A DNA stretch of 64,000 bases from Patellaria atrata CBS 101060 (lineage: Eukaryota), in NCBI GenBank assembly GCA_010093705.1, contig MU006103.1, positions 372,001 through 436,000 of the forward strand. Reading direction: 5' to 3'. Below are positions 51,136-64,000 of the stretch, in pieces. Numbering within the stretch: position 1 is the first letter of the stretch; each line of letters starts with the position of its first letter. The notes under the pieces are model-generated. The model was not told where the DNA came from and searched no databases. It worked only from the letters and a program-made list of their open reading frames with translations. A program made the translations under genes and the position numbers.

Positions 51136-51606
51136 AATGGAGGGAAGGGATACAGTTCGTTAATTCGCTTGTTCGGCTCGATATATCCATCTTGGTTCTT
51201 GGTTTCGGTACTCGCTTTTGGAATTGTGGGTTTCGATCGCTGTAATTTCTATAGAGAAAATGGAATGTGTTCGTCTGCTCTTTGTTGTTTCGTTTGCGAT
51301 GTCTGTTTCCCTGGCCTGCCCTATCTATCCCGCCCTAGCGTAGTGTACCCTACCGCATTGGCAAGGAAACATGGCCGAATGTCTGAATGTCTGGATCCGA
51401 CTGACGTCCTGATCGTCGACCTCATACTACCACACCACAGTATTTCACGTCCCACTACCTTAACGCCAGTAGTATCGTACATTGTACTGTACGTGTAACA
51501 TGTAGTTACGTAGTCATACACCCTTCCCCTTATACAGTCATACAAATCCCCCCTTCGCCCCCTTAGAATTACAAACAGAAAAGGGGAAGGAAAGGGGTCG
51601 AAACGC

Positions 51607-51630
51607 TACGATACGATACGATACGATACG
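51607..51630 (+). repeat. (TACGA)n pentanucleotide repeat, about 5 copies
   Basis: tacgatacgatacgatacgatacg. Confidence 0.8.
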
Positions 51631-51669
51631 AGACGGTATCGGTAGGGTAAGGATACGGCGAGGTAGACA

Positions 51670-51776
51670 GTTAGATAGTTGGATGGTTAGATAGTTGGAT
51701 GGTTAGATAGTTGGATGGTTAGATAGTTGGATGGTTAGATAGTTGGATGGTTAGATAGTTGGATGGTTAGATAGTT
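51670..51776 (+). repeat. Perfect 16-bp minisatellite (GTTAGATAGTTGGATG) x6 plus an 11-nt partial copy
   Basis: Six identical head-to-tail copies counted, with no spacers. Confidence 0.95.
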
Positions 51777-52652
51777 AAACGCGTAGGACGGATTGGGATG
51801 GGGATAGGGATGTGTGGGTTACGGTACGAGATGGTTTATTCGAGTCCTGGACCTGGATCTCAAATCCCAAGTTTCGAATCTGGAAGGTATGGTGGACCAG
51901 AGAGCGGGAAAGAGATGGGAATTAGAGGGGAGGGTGGGGGGGATTTTGTGGTGTGCTGGGGTGGAATGGAGTAGACTGTATACTGAGCACGACGGGATGT
52001 GGTATGTCCTTGCGGGTTACCTTCACGTTTGGATTGATGTTGTTGGGGCGTGGGATTGCGGTATGTAAGGTGCTGGATAGGTGAGGTTCGAATGGTGTTG
52101 ATTCTGATTCTGATTTTGGGGTTGGGAGGGTATGTCTACCGCCGCTGTTGACATTTGGGGAGTGGGTAAGGCAAACAGTGGGGCAAAGGTAGATTCGACG
52201 CCCATTTGTAAATTTGCTACGTCACAAGGTAAGCACTTAGAACCGATGTCAACTTTGAGTGAATCTTCATTATATTTCTGACGAAAGCCCCGCTATCCAC
52301 AATCGGTGCGGGTGTTGAAACCGAGATCTTTGAGTACATTAGTACGGTAGAGATAACCGAAAGTGACAATATCGTAACACGTGAGCAGCATTACCTCACA
52401 ATCGTCGATATTAAACCCCGAAAAGGAAAAAAAATATGATGATGAGAATTGATGGCTTCTCCAAGCCACCGCCATACCCTCTACCCAAACTCCCAGGCAG
52501 TGAAATGGAACTGGGGGTAGAGTAAAAAAGGTGATTAAACTGGAGAGAAAGAAAAAGGAGTCATATACCATATATACATGAGAATGTGCATCACGATAAA
52601 CGAGACACAAATCGAAAGATAAATCGAACACATGCAGCAAAACGACTGCATA

Positions 52653-54661
52653 TTAGCAATGATCGAAAGTGTTGTAAGCAAAACTCGCGCCATGATGCCC
52701 TTGAGCATCGAACTGAAATGAAGTTGCGGCGTCGTCAAACCCGATGCCAGGCATTACCGCAACGCCTGCCTGAAGCATGTTGTAGTCCATCGCATAGTCG
52801 TCAAATTGTATCGAGCTGTTGTACGTTGCTAGGTTGGCTGTGTTGAGCATGGTGGCGGAGGGATCGAGAGGAATTTCGGACTTGAAGGGAGGAGTGGGGG
52901 AGGAGACGAACTGGAACTCGAATTCGGAGGGGCTGATGCTGTAGTTTGCGAATTGATCGGTGGAGATTTGATCGTGCGGGCTTGAGTCATGCTTATCGGA
53001 GGTGTCGATGTCTTTGTCCCCTGAGATGACTGTCTCTTCGACTTCTTTTATCCAGATGTTTTTTAAAGTGTCCATGGGTGGGTGATCCCCACCGCCTTTA
53101 CCACCACGTCTCTCCTCATTCTTGCTCTTACGTCCTCGCTTACGCGGGTTGAAGTGGGTTCGACGAAGATGAGCGGCTGCATTGTAGTATGCACCATACT
53201 TCTTTCCCTGACTACATTGCTTGCATTTTGAGAGAAAGTCTTTGTTGGGTGACGCATCTACCGTGACCCAGACCTTTCGTACTTTCGTGTGTACTCGTTC
53301 GGTATGACGACGAAGCTCGTGTTCGCCACGAAACCCATCAGGGTTTTCATCACACTGTTTGCAATATACTTTTGGGTGTGAAGGTCGTACATAATGCGTT
53401 CTCGAAATCGCAGCTAGGCTTTTCGACGATCCGTCTTGACTCTTAACACGCACAATCTGACCTTCAGATGACTCTTTCGCAACCGACGGTTGTTCAGAAT
53501 CTGAGACTTTTGGTTGAATAGAACGTCGACCTTGAGCGAGTTGCTCCTGGCGACGGCGAAATAAACGAGTCTGACTTGATGCAGAGGATTTGAAAGAAGA
53601 CGTGGATGTTGAGCTCTGACTCGAGTCTGATCTCTCCATATCCTCCACAGTATCAGACGATGAGAAGTGAAAAGATGGTGGAACATCACCATGAGAAGGG
53701 GTACAAGACGATGAAACATGATGCTCAGTGTCGACACAAAGGGGATATGAACGGTTGTCTTGTGTCAAGCCGTGCTTGACACCTGACACACTGTTCGAGG
53801 GGAAACACTTCTCTTCAGAGAATACAAAATCAGAAGGTGAAGACGAAACGTTCGAAAGAACAGATTGAACACGCAACAAATTAAATGTATTTGAAAGAGC
53901 TGAACCAGCGATACTACTTTCTCGAGACATCTCGCTTGGAGGTGTCGACACAAACGACTGTTCACCTATTGTTGCGCTGTTAGGTGAGATAGAACCGTCA
54001 TATGGTGACAAGTTCCATTGACTAGAGGTTGGAGCGGATGGATGGGAAGCCCATTGCCCGTTTGAGAACGATTTCTCAGTGCGGCCTGAAAACTTCTCGA
54101 CCCAGTCTTTGGGGTCGTAAACTTCACATTCGTACACGTTTGGTAGTTTTTGACGGAACGAGGTGTTGGATAATTTGTAGGCGTTGGAAGGGTCGTCGCC
54201 AGCAGTCTGCCACTGCGCGGAGTATGGGCCGGAGGATAGACTGGGAGCCGATGATGTGCCCTCGCTACCGGGTGAGGATGCTATTGACGGTACTCTTGTC
54301 ATGGGTGCTGCTGTGGGAAAGGATTGCATCGAGCGATAGGCGCGGCTCATGCTTTGTGGTATCGATAGTTCCTGTGTGAGGTTAGAAGAGGTCCGACAAG
54401 TAACCAAACAGAGTATTCGAAGCGTACATTAGGCCTGGATGAGCTCGGGTATCCTCCATATGACATAGTTCTGGGGATATGAGGTGCCTGATCCGTCCTG
54501 GAGAAGGTATCTTCGATAAGTTGGGCTTTTCTTTCGTTCCATAGTAGTTTGCGTTGATCCTCTGTCAGGTCGGAATGCTGCTGCCAGAATGCCTGACACT
54601 CCTGTTGTAAGAGCTGACGGATCATATCAGTGGTGCTGGTCGACATGCAATTGCTCGCCAT
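52653..54661 (-). CDS. Putative Zn-finger transcription regulator resembling key-lime-pathogenicity (KLAP1-like) proteins; 2 exons
   Basis: Intron 54372..54427 links the 54661 ATG exon in frame. Domain HPKVYCKQCDENPDGFRGEHELRRHTERVH...LSKCKQC...YGAYYNAAAHLRRTHFNPRKRGRK...RGGKGGGDHPP. Confidence 0.75.
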
Positions 54662-56256
54662 AGATATTATGGTTTTGTAATATCGTCTTTCCGTTCGAAT
54701 CTGATTGTTTGATCCTTATTGCTCCCTGTGATCTGATGTTTCGGAGGGCTCGTCTCTAATGAGGATCAGTAAAGCCTAAGTAACATAGTCTACATCACAA
54801 CAGGAAAGTGTACATACGAATTGATAATCGTCCAGAATGGATAAGAGTGAATGGAATTGAAGGGCTGTAGAAATGTGTAAGTTGATAAGTTTGAGGCGAA
54901 CAAGAATGATCAACGGAATGGGAGCGGAGGCGGGTTATGGGACCCTTTTTACTGTGAGGTAGAACGTGCGTTGGCGTGACCCAGTTGGCAGAAGCAATCC
55001 CACAAGATTCCGGTGAGACAAGGGATGACTGCGACACTGAAACGAAGATGATTTGTTTAGAACGTCGATAATCATTGGCAGCCAGCTGAAGATGACGATC
55101 TATAATCAAGGACTTCCGGAGACTGAAAAAGTAACCTGGGCGTCGGGGGCGAGCATCATCACGCTCCAGCACCTTGTATCCCGTACTTCCAGGTTCAAGA
55201 ATCGCACAGCACGGTCGGCATTCGGTCTAGTTCTCGTACACAAACAACGGCCTGTCAAAATTCACCCTCCAAGTCTTCAAGAGACGGTGATAATTGGTTA
55301 CAAAGTCTTGCAGTAGTTGTTGCGTGGGGGATGTTGAGGAGGAGCGAGTTGACTGTTCAAGACTCCAAGCAAATGATATCCAGAAGTGTGTGGTGGGTTA
55401 GGTTCCCATTGGTCGCCTCGAACTTTTCGACTTACAATTTACCTTGATAGTTGATACGCGGATACGCCTGACCGTCATAAGGTCATAGCCTTCCATAACA
55501 CCCCTTGCAGAATTGCTTTGCTGGCTTCCACTGCACTATGTATACAATACATTACCTATCTTCCTTGCCGCGTTGTGGTTAGAGATCGAGGTAGGTGCAC
55601 TTATATACAAGTTAGGTGGATTCGTCATCAAGGTCAGCCACCCACCAGACCGATAACTTGATACAGCGGCATGTCCTTGTGCAGTAGATTAATTCTGTTG
55701 GATAGAAAGCCGTTCACTCCGTACGGTTCGGAGGCCTAAGAACTCTTAGAAGTTGAAACACATCGTCCTTATGCAAAAATTATAGTTCTGGAATAAGATT
55801 ATGGCGAATAGTGTCCTTGTTCAAGACATATCCCCCTAAAGTACTACACTACCGTAGTCGGGCATGAGTCGTTTATCAGAATCCCATAGTAATCGGGCGT
55901 AAACAAAGGCAAACAAGAGAGCTGCGCCCCTCTGCGACCTACCACATTAGACCGAAATGCTTCGTATTCTACACTTCGTTGCTCACATAGCCGTTACTGC
56001 AATATTGGCCCAGGACTTTATTGGTGTATCGGTGCGCGATTTCATTCTTCTGAAAATCTGCCCTGGAGGGCACAAGACCGAGAAAAACATCCAGCTGAAT
56101 TCTATCGGGCTCTCGACATAGGTGCATGAGTTGAAGCCGCACTAATGTCGACTCTGTACTTCTTCGGTCGATCGAGTTATTGACCGGTGCCCAGCTTCTA
56201 GAACCCAGATCTTTCAGAAGGAGCCGATGGTACAAGGTATCTTTTGAGAGCACTGT

Positions 56257-57921
56257 CTATACTTCCCTGAACGCCACTTCTTCAGGCAATCTAAAGCTTG
56301 CGCAGAACATCCTTTTCTTTGGTGCCACATCTCTTACATCGTGGATGCACAACTCTAGCTTCTCATCTGCTTCGTCGATCTCGCATTTGAGTAGACCGCT
56401 GATCCTACTACGTATATCTTTCTTCTCTGCTACGTTATCTTCGCTTTTAGTACTGAAGCAGTATACGTGGACCATAGGAAGTCTCGTACTACTGTGAGGA
56501 TGAAAGAGAGTACGTTGCGATGGCGTGTAGAGACCAATAAACGCTGGAAGAAATGACAATGCAGATGCAGGAAGGTTCATGATATAGTGAGAGAAAATCT
56601 TTGGCTGAACGAGAACCTCCGATTGTGCGTCCTGCACCAGTTTATCCGAACGATTTCCAGAATTAGACGCTCTTCTCTGTCTTGATGTGATGCTTTTCGA
56701 AATAGTCACGGTGTAGGAGTCGTTTAATAGTGACGTGGTGGCATCTCGAATGAAAGTGTGACCATCTTCACAGAACGGACGGACAAACCTATGTACTTTG
56801 TTACGTGTTATTGCATCCTTGAGGCCCGCGAAGCTGTCTGGGTTAAGATCATTTGCCCATATGAAGACCTCCTTTTTACCTGCGGGGATAGCGAAAGGCC
56901 CAACACCAGCCATCACATCACAGACGGCTTCTCCCCTCTTCAAACTGGAGACCATACGAGCATGTTCGGTATGTAATCGAGGGTTCCAGTACACTTTGGC
57001 AAAGTCAAAGTGAAAAGTGCAATCCTCTTCTTTAACTTCTACGTTCAAGTCATCTTTACCTGCAAGAACTTCATATTGAAACGTTCGAAAGGGGTTCTCT
57101 GTGCCTACATCTTGAATCTTATTGATGACCGTGGTTATTTTGGGATTTTTATCGACCAAAACGTCGGCCATGATTTGTTTATATTCTGCAAGGGGTGTTT
57201 TGCCTGAGTGACCTAGTTCACGAAGATTTAGATGTGCTATAAGGATAGTTAGCATTCCGAAGTCACAAGGTATGAGTTGAAGAGCATCATACCAACGTGA
57301 CCCACCATAGAGAAACCCTGTGGGATGTCTTCTATTTGATCTTCAGGCATGATTGCGCTCATTATATCATCTACAGCATGTCAGACCTCGTGTATCTTGA
57401 TGGCCAGTAAATGATATTGCGAACCGTATGTCCAATAGTCGTACTTGAGGTGCAGGTCGTAAGGTATTAATGTTACTTTACCATCACTCTCCAATTCTCG
57501 CAACGTAGCACTCCATGAGGACGGATCTACCTACTGCCATTAATCAAAGTTCACTAACCTAACTTCTTGTTATCCTCATACCGTCGTATTTGATCTCGGG
57601 CTGCAGCAGCAAGCATTTTTTTCCAGTTTTTGCGAAGTCAGGTGTGGGATCTGGAACGACAGTAAGAAGGCGAGGTAATGCGAGTATATCTTTGCTTCTT
57701 TCTAATGATCTCTTGCAGTGTGAAATATCCGTAGGACTATGGACTCGTGCGGCGGATATAGGACATATTTTTTGGAAGAACGACCGGTCGAGAATGCGCA
57801 TTGCGCGATTGACGGGAGGTCGGAACATTGCGTCTTCGGGCATAGATCTTATATACGGTGATCTAACTGATGCGTTGAGAGGGTATTTTTTCGATACTAC
57901 AAAGTGACGCGAACGAGGCAT
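56257..57921 (-). CDS. TRM5: tRNA (guanine37-N1)-methyltransferase Trm5; 4 exons
   Basis: Introns 57527..57581, 57371..57424 and 57237..57292. Motifs VGHVAHLNLR, FHFDFAKVYWNPRLHTEH, SAM motif DVMAGVGPFAIP, ANDLNP, IMNLP, VRDVAPKKRMFCASF. Confidence 0.93.
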
Positions 57922-58269
57922 GTCATAGGGCTGTGAAAGGGGTTTTCGGCTGTCGGAGGGTCTAATTCCCCTTTGTCTCTAGCGTCCTTATGTTCCCCGG
58001 CCAAACCCCAGCAAGTTTGATGAGATAATATGGGTTGGACTGAGTAACAGGAGCAGAGGAGTTGATATTACAATAATAACAACCTAAGAAACACCTTTGC
58101 GCGACTTAAACATCTCTTTGCGACGCGACGAATCAACCTCCGCATCCGTAAACCTTTTCGGAACCGCTCTGCAACTATTCCCGCGTATGGCATATATCTA
58201 GATTATCTCTAGTTACGTGCCGTACCCTCCGACTTGTAACCTCCAAGACCTGGCGGACAAGACAACAAC

Positions 58270-61200
58270 ATGGCTTCGGCCGGGGGAGGAAACATTAAGG
58301 TGGTGGTGCGTGTGAGACCTTTTAATGGCAGAGGTAAGATATTAGAAGCTCCCTTCCCAACACCATACTGACCGTTTATAGAACTGGACCGCGGTGCAAA
58401 ATGCATCGTTCAGATGAAAGGTACCCAAACCGTCCTAACACCTGCTTCACAAAACGATCCCCGGCATAAAAGCAACAAAACTACCCTTGAAGGATCGAAA
58501 ACGTTCAACTTTGATCGGAGTTACTGGTCTTTCAATCGAAACGATCCGAACTTTGCAGGGCAAGAGAATTTGTTCGAAGACTTGGGCAAACCTCTATTGG
58601 ACAATGCATTCCTTGGGTTTAATAACTGTATCTTCGCGTACGGCCAGACGGGTTCGGGAAAGTCGTACTCGATGATGGGGTATGGTGAGGATGCAGGTGT
58701 TATACCAAAGATCTGTCGAAATATGTTCGAACGGATTGAGGAATTACAGCAAGATAAAACTCTAAGCTGTACCGTAGAGGTTTCTTACTTGGAAATCTAC
58801 AATGAACGGGTCCGAGATTTGCTGAACCCTTCTACAAAGGGGAATCTGAAAGTCCGAGAGCACCCCTCCACTGGACCGTATGTGGAAGATCTTGCAAAGC
58901 TCGTAGTACGATCATTTCAGGAAATCGAAAACTTAATGGATGAAGGTAACAAGGCACGGACGGTCGCTGCTACAAACATGAATGAAACCTCGAGTCGTTC
59001 ACATGCTGTGTTTACTTTGACTCTTACGCAACGGCGGCATGATATAGAAACAAACATGGATACAGAAAAGGTTGCCAAGATCAGTTTGGTAGATCTCGCA
59101 GGTTCAGAAAGAGCTACGTCTACTGGTGCTACCGGTGCTCGTCTTAAAGAAGGGGCGGAAATAAACAGATCTCTTTCAACGTTAGGGAGGGTCATAGCTG
59201 CCTTGGCTGATCTTTCCTCTGGAAAGAAGAAAAATGCTTCCCTTGTACCATATCGAGACTCCGTCCTCACATGGCTTCTTAAAGATTCATTAGGGGGTAA
59301 TAGTCTTACAGCTATGATTGCAGCTATCTCCCCTGCGGATATCAATTTCGAGGAAACGTTATCAACATTGCGGTATGCAGATTCAGCCAAACGGATCAAG
59401 AATCATGCTGTTGTTAACGAAGATCCTAATGCTCGTATGATTCGAGAACTCAAAGAAGAGCTTGCTCAACTCCGATCGAAGCTCACTGGTGGAGGTGGTG
59501 CTCCAGGCATCATCGAGGAGCAATATGCACCGGACACGCCGCTAGAAAAACAAATTGTGTCCTTTGCCCAACCTGATGGGACAATTAAGAAAGTCTCCAA
59601 AGCAGAGATCGTGGAGCAACTTAACCAGTCAGAGAAGTTATACAAGGATCTTAATCAGACTTGGGAAGAAAAGCTGGCAAGAACTGAAGAGATTCACAAA
59701 GAACGTGAAGCAGCATTAGAAGAGCTTGGTATTAGTATTGAAAAGGGGTTTGTAGGCTTGTCTACTCCGAAAAAAATGCCTCACTTGGTCAACTTGAGCG
59801 ATGATCCATTACTCGCCGAGTGTCTAATCTATAACCTCAAGCCTGGTACAACTACAGTGGGCAATGTTGAAACTGCCACAAGTGCAGAGATCAGATTAAA
59901 TGGATCTAAAATACTTCATGACCATTGTACATTTGAGAATGTTGATGGAATTGTTACTGTCGTACCTAAAGATAACGCGGGTGTTATGGTTAACGGTGTG
60001 CGAATTGAGAAGCCAAAGCGTCTCAGGAGCGGTTACCGCATTATTCTTGGTGATTTTCATATTTTCCGATTCAATCATCCCGAGGAAGCTCGTGCAGAGA
60101 GACTAGAGCAAGGTAGCTTGCTGCGTCATTCGGTGACCGCCGGTCAACTAGGCTCCCCTTCTCCACGTCCCGGACATGACAGGTCATGGAGTAACGTTAG
60201 TAGAGCAGATTCCGAGATTGATACCGAAAGTCCCCGCACAACCTCTCCTATGCCATTTGCTAGGAGTGGACGTGACTCAGATTGGGCTTTTGCTCGACGG
60301 GAAGCGGTCACAGCAATCCTTGGACCAGATCAGAAGATGTCTAACTTAACAGACGATGAGCTGGATGTATTATTCGACGACCTACAACGGGTTCGTGCTG
60401 TTCGTAGAGGTAGACCAGAAAGCCGGCTTTTCGACGCCGAGGAGGATCTAGAGTCTGTGAATTCCTATCCTATAAGAGAAAAGTACGCGTCTACTGGGAC
60501 GATTGATAATTTCTCGCTTGATACAGCTTTGACCATACCATCAACTCCGCAAGCTGGAGAAGAGGATGAACGCTTAAGGCTAGTAAAGGAAGAAATGCAG
60601 TCTCAACTCGAGAAACAGAAAGAGGAATACCAGGCAAGACTAAAAGAGGCTGAAGAATCAAATGTTGAGATTGAAGAAATACGTGCCGAAAAGGCGAAGA
60701 TGGAGGAAAACCTTCGAGCTGTGAAAGAGGACATGCAAAAACGTCTTCAGGAACAGAAAGAAGAATTCGAGAAACAGCTTAAGGAACTACGACTTACGTC
60801 TCCCTCTCTTCCATCACACAATAGCGAAACGAGTGCAAATGATATTTCGGAGCTTACGGAATCGCAACTCAACCTAGTTCGAGAAATTTTCGATCATTGG
60901 AGAGGTCATAAATATGTCATTATGGTGGAAACCGTCTTTCAAAATGCTGCAATTCTTAAGGAGGCACAGATTATGAGCCAGCAGATGGACAAACATGTTG
61001 TCTTCCAGTTCTGCGTAGTAGACGTCGGACACTCCTTCGCTTCCTCTTACGATCTTGTCCTCAGCGGTAGTCCCAGCGAGGATGATGAAGACCTTGAATT
61101 GACCCGCAAGCCATGCATTGGAGTAAGAGTAGTGGACTTCAAGAATAACGTCATCCATCTATGGTCTCTCCAAAAACTTCGCAAAAGGATATTGTTAATG

Positions 61201-63153
61201 CGCCAGATGTATCAATATTTAACCCGTCCAGAATATCTGCAGCACTTTCGACTCGAAAATCCGTTCGAGGAATCCTGTATGCCTGAGTACTCTCGCATCG
61301 GCGATGCTGATGTTCCGCTTGCTGCGGTATTTGAATCTCGAGTCCAGGACTTCTCTTTAGATGTTCTTTCACCCTACACATCCGGTGCCATTGGAATTGT
61401 CCGCCTGTCTCTGGAACCTTCTTCTGCAGAAGCTCCATCATCCACGTTAAAATTCAATGTTGTAATGCACGAAATGATTGGTTTCCCGGAGCGCGAAGGG
61501 ACCGATGTACACGCACAGTTATTTGTTCCAGGCATTTCCGAGGAAGGTGGAGCTACCACAACTTCACTAATCAAAGATTTTGATGAGAGTCCAGTACGCT
61601 TCGAAAGCGTTCATAGTATGAGTTTACCGTTTTCCAGCCCTCGTGGTGCTTCTCTTCGAATCAGTATCTTCGCAAAGGTTGCCCCTATGCATCTTGATAA
61701 ACTCCTTAGCTGGGATGACATGCGTGATTCAGCTCCTCGCCCACAACAGAAGCGGAGTGCTTCCAGGATTCCGGAACACGAATACTACACTGAAGAGCGG
61801 CACGATATTTTCACGAGGGTGCAAGTCATGGAGATCACGGAGGATGGAGAATACCATCCGGTAGAGGTCATTCAATCGAGCGCATTAGACGTGGGATCAT
61901 ACCAGCTACATCAGGGGCTTCAAAGAAGGATTGTCGTCAATCTCACTCATAGTTCGAGTAAAGCATTGCAATGGAAAGAAGTTTCCGGTGCTCGTATGGG
62001 GCGTGTTCGCCTTATAGATCCCTCTGGGAGATCCCCTGACATCGAACCAGCACAACCAGAGGTATCCTTGAAAATGGTCTCGCCGCCCGTAGTTAAGGAT
62101 CATGCTGACGGTACAACCAATGTTACTTTTATCTGCCAGTGGGATTCCAGCATGCATGGTTCGCTTTTGCTTGACCGTACAACCGCGGAGAAGTATAGGG
62201 TCAGCGTTAGTCTCATCTGGGACGTGATATGTGCGAAACTCAGCAGACCGATGGTCTTCTCGCTCGATCTCGCCACCCAAATCCGCTCGCGAGCATATAT
62301 ACGGCCGACCTCGATGTTTATGCAGTTATGGAACGCTACAAGAGTCGTGCATTCCACCGTTGGAAACTTCTCAGTAGCCGTCCGCCCGACTTCCGCGAAA
62401 CGAGCCAGCGACCTCTGGCGAATGAACACACAAAATGACTACATCAAAGGCGAAGAGAATCTGAGCGGCTGGACACCTCGAGGGATCTCTCTAGTAAAAG
62501 ACTTCATCGCTGCTCGCAAACGCCGGCGGCGTATTGCAGAGATCGAAACCGCTCGTAGCGTCCTCAGCTCTCGTACCCTCACCTTGAACCCAACGTCTCC
62601 ATCCATCTCTTCCGAAAAGCTCACTGAGCAGCAAGAAGCGCTTCTCCGTCGTGTTCTAGATCTCTGGAAACCAAACAAAGACATCAGCACCACGATTCTC
62701 GCAAAGCAGAACACCGAACCCCCAACAAACGGCGCCGCGTTCGCTCCCAACCCTACCATCAACGGCTCATCTGCGCCTACCCTAATCGCAGAAGTCCGCT
62801 TCATACCTAAAAATCCCTCTCTCCTAAAGGGCGGGTATCTCATGACACCCGACGACACGGCAACGCGGTGGGTGCGACGCTACGTCGAACTTCGTCGGCC
62901 GTACCTACATATCTACTCCGTCCCGGAAGGAGATGAACTGAACGCAGTCAATCTGGCAAACTCTCGGATCGACCATCAGCCCCAGATCGCGAAGCTACTG
63001 AGGAGAAATAATAGTAATGTGTTTGCGGTGTATGCACCGCAAAATACATATCTGTTTGCCGCGAGGACGGAAAGAGATAAGGTCGAGTGGATTTTAAAGA
63101 TTGATCAGAGTTATTTTAGTAGTGGGGGGACTACGCCGGATGAAGGGGACTAA
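58270..63153 (+). CDS. Kinesin-3 (Unc104/KIF1 family; UncA/NKIN2-like) with motor, FHA and C-terminal PH domains; 2 exons
   Basis: NIKVVVRVRPFN, intron 58334..58381, P-loop GQTGSGKS, NETSSRSH, DLAGSER, FHA (PHLVNLSDDP...IILGDFHIFRFNHP) and PH domain (KGGYL...WVRRYVELRRPYLHIY). Confidence 0.96.
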
Positions 63154-63608
63154 GGTACCACCGAAAGAGTAGGGTAGCCTGTATATATTCAGGGTGATTT
63201 TTGTTCGTCTTTACGTTCTTATTTTTGGTAATAGGATCTTTCAAGGAACTGTACCGCTACGGTTTTTGCATTGGTTGGGCGCGAATGAAGAGAATTGTTT
63301 GATACCCCTATCTGTTTCCGCATTTAGACTTGGATAGAGAGGTTGTTATTATTAGCAATGCCAATCACGACGATGTCGTTGTACAGTATCATGTAGTTTG
63401 GTGTATCATAACCCTATAGTTGGTGTTGTCTATTTCGCGTGCTTCCCCTTCAGTAGTGGAAGGGACGGTATGTAGTATCTATAAGATACTTCATCGTCCT
63501 CGTGACGTACCGGTAGCATCGTCCGATCCCACCTTGGATCACATCAACGCATCCTATCATAGCCAACATGTATCAGATGCTGTAACTCCCTGTACCCACC
63601 CGCGCCTC

Positions 63609-64000
63609 TCAACCAGCCTTCTTCTTCTTATCCTCAATACAATCAATATTGTCCTCCGGCACAACCGGATACGTCTCCGTTATAAAATCAAACACATCAT
63701 CGCTCAAATCACCCTGTACCGTAATCTCCTCTCCCCCTCCGGGCACCTTCGTAACCGAGCTCCCCGTCGCAAACTTCTTCCCAAAATCCTTCGCCACCTT
63801 CTTCAACTCGAGCCCGAAGGCCTCCAAGCCCGACACCACGGTCACGTATTTGCGTTTGCTGCGCTCGACCCGCTTGATCAGCACTTGCGATTCTGCGCGC
63901 TCGGCGGCTTGTCGTTGTTCGAGGGCAGAGGCTTTGGCGGCCTTTTTGGAGGCGTCTTTTTCGGCGCGCTTTTGGGCTTCGACGGAGAGGGCCGCCATGT
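63609..64000 (-). CDS. TMA22: Translation machinery-associated protein 22 (DENR, SUI1 domain); 5' end outside the window
   Basis: IKRVERSKRKYVTVVSGLEAFGLELKKVAKDFGKKFATGSSVTK...EEITVQGD, the SUI1 domain of DENR/Tma22. Confidence 0.9.
   Translation of the reverse strand, partial: MAALSVEAQKRAEKDASKKAAKASALEQRQAAERAESQVLIKRVERSKRKYVTVVSGLEAFGLELKKVAKDFGKKFATGSSVTKVPGGGEEITVQGDLSDDVFDFITETYPVVPEDNIDCIEDKKKKAG

Noticed and set aside
51670..51776. CRISPR array or telomeric repeat
   Set aside because: Head-to-tail identical units without spacers, in a eukaryotic context, with a unit that is not TTAGGG and an internal location.

Overview
Gene-dense, intron-containing eukaryotic DNA from a filamentous ascomycete (Pezizomycotina; inferred from short GT-AG introns with CTAAC/CTGAC branch sites and the gene set). 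About 21 protein-coding genes, in order: an SH3BGR/glutaredoxin-like protein, FlbB-like bZIP factor, CYP52-type P450, Rad53-like FHA-kinase-FHA, a Cys-rich orphan, Sur7/PalI-family membrane protein, two hypotheticals, Sec10, Nus1, a third hypothetical, Erg10 thiolase, Ero1, Snu114, a sterol esterase/lipase, Pex6, an APC permease, a KLAP1-like Zn-finger protein, Trm5, kinesin-3 and a partial Tma22. No intact transposon, rRNA or canonical tRNA was found. The most interesting signal is non-coding. Two intergenic elements 18 kb apart (about 20390-20507 and 38430-38616) each carry internal Pol III A- and B-box-like motifs and fold extensively. Both end in the same module, CAG-A(T)GTA-CC-[variable hairpin]-GG-GAA-CTG-oligo(T), suggesting an unannotated family of tRNA-promoter-driven small structured RNAs. 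Two further structured non-coding candidates lie at about 33270-33446 (minus strand) and 8060-8156. All product names come from motif recognition, not database searches, and all folds were derived by eye.
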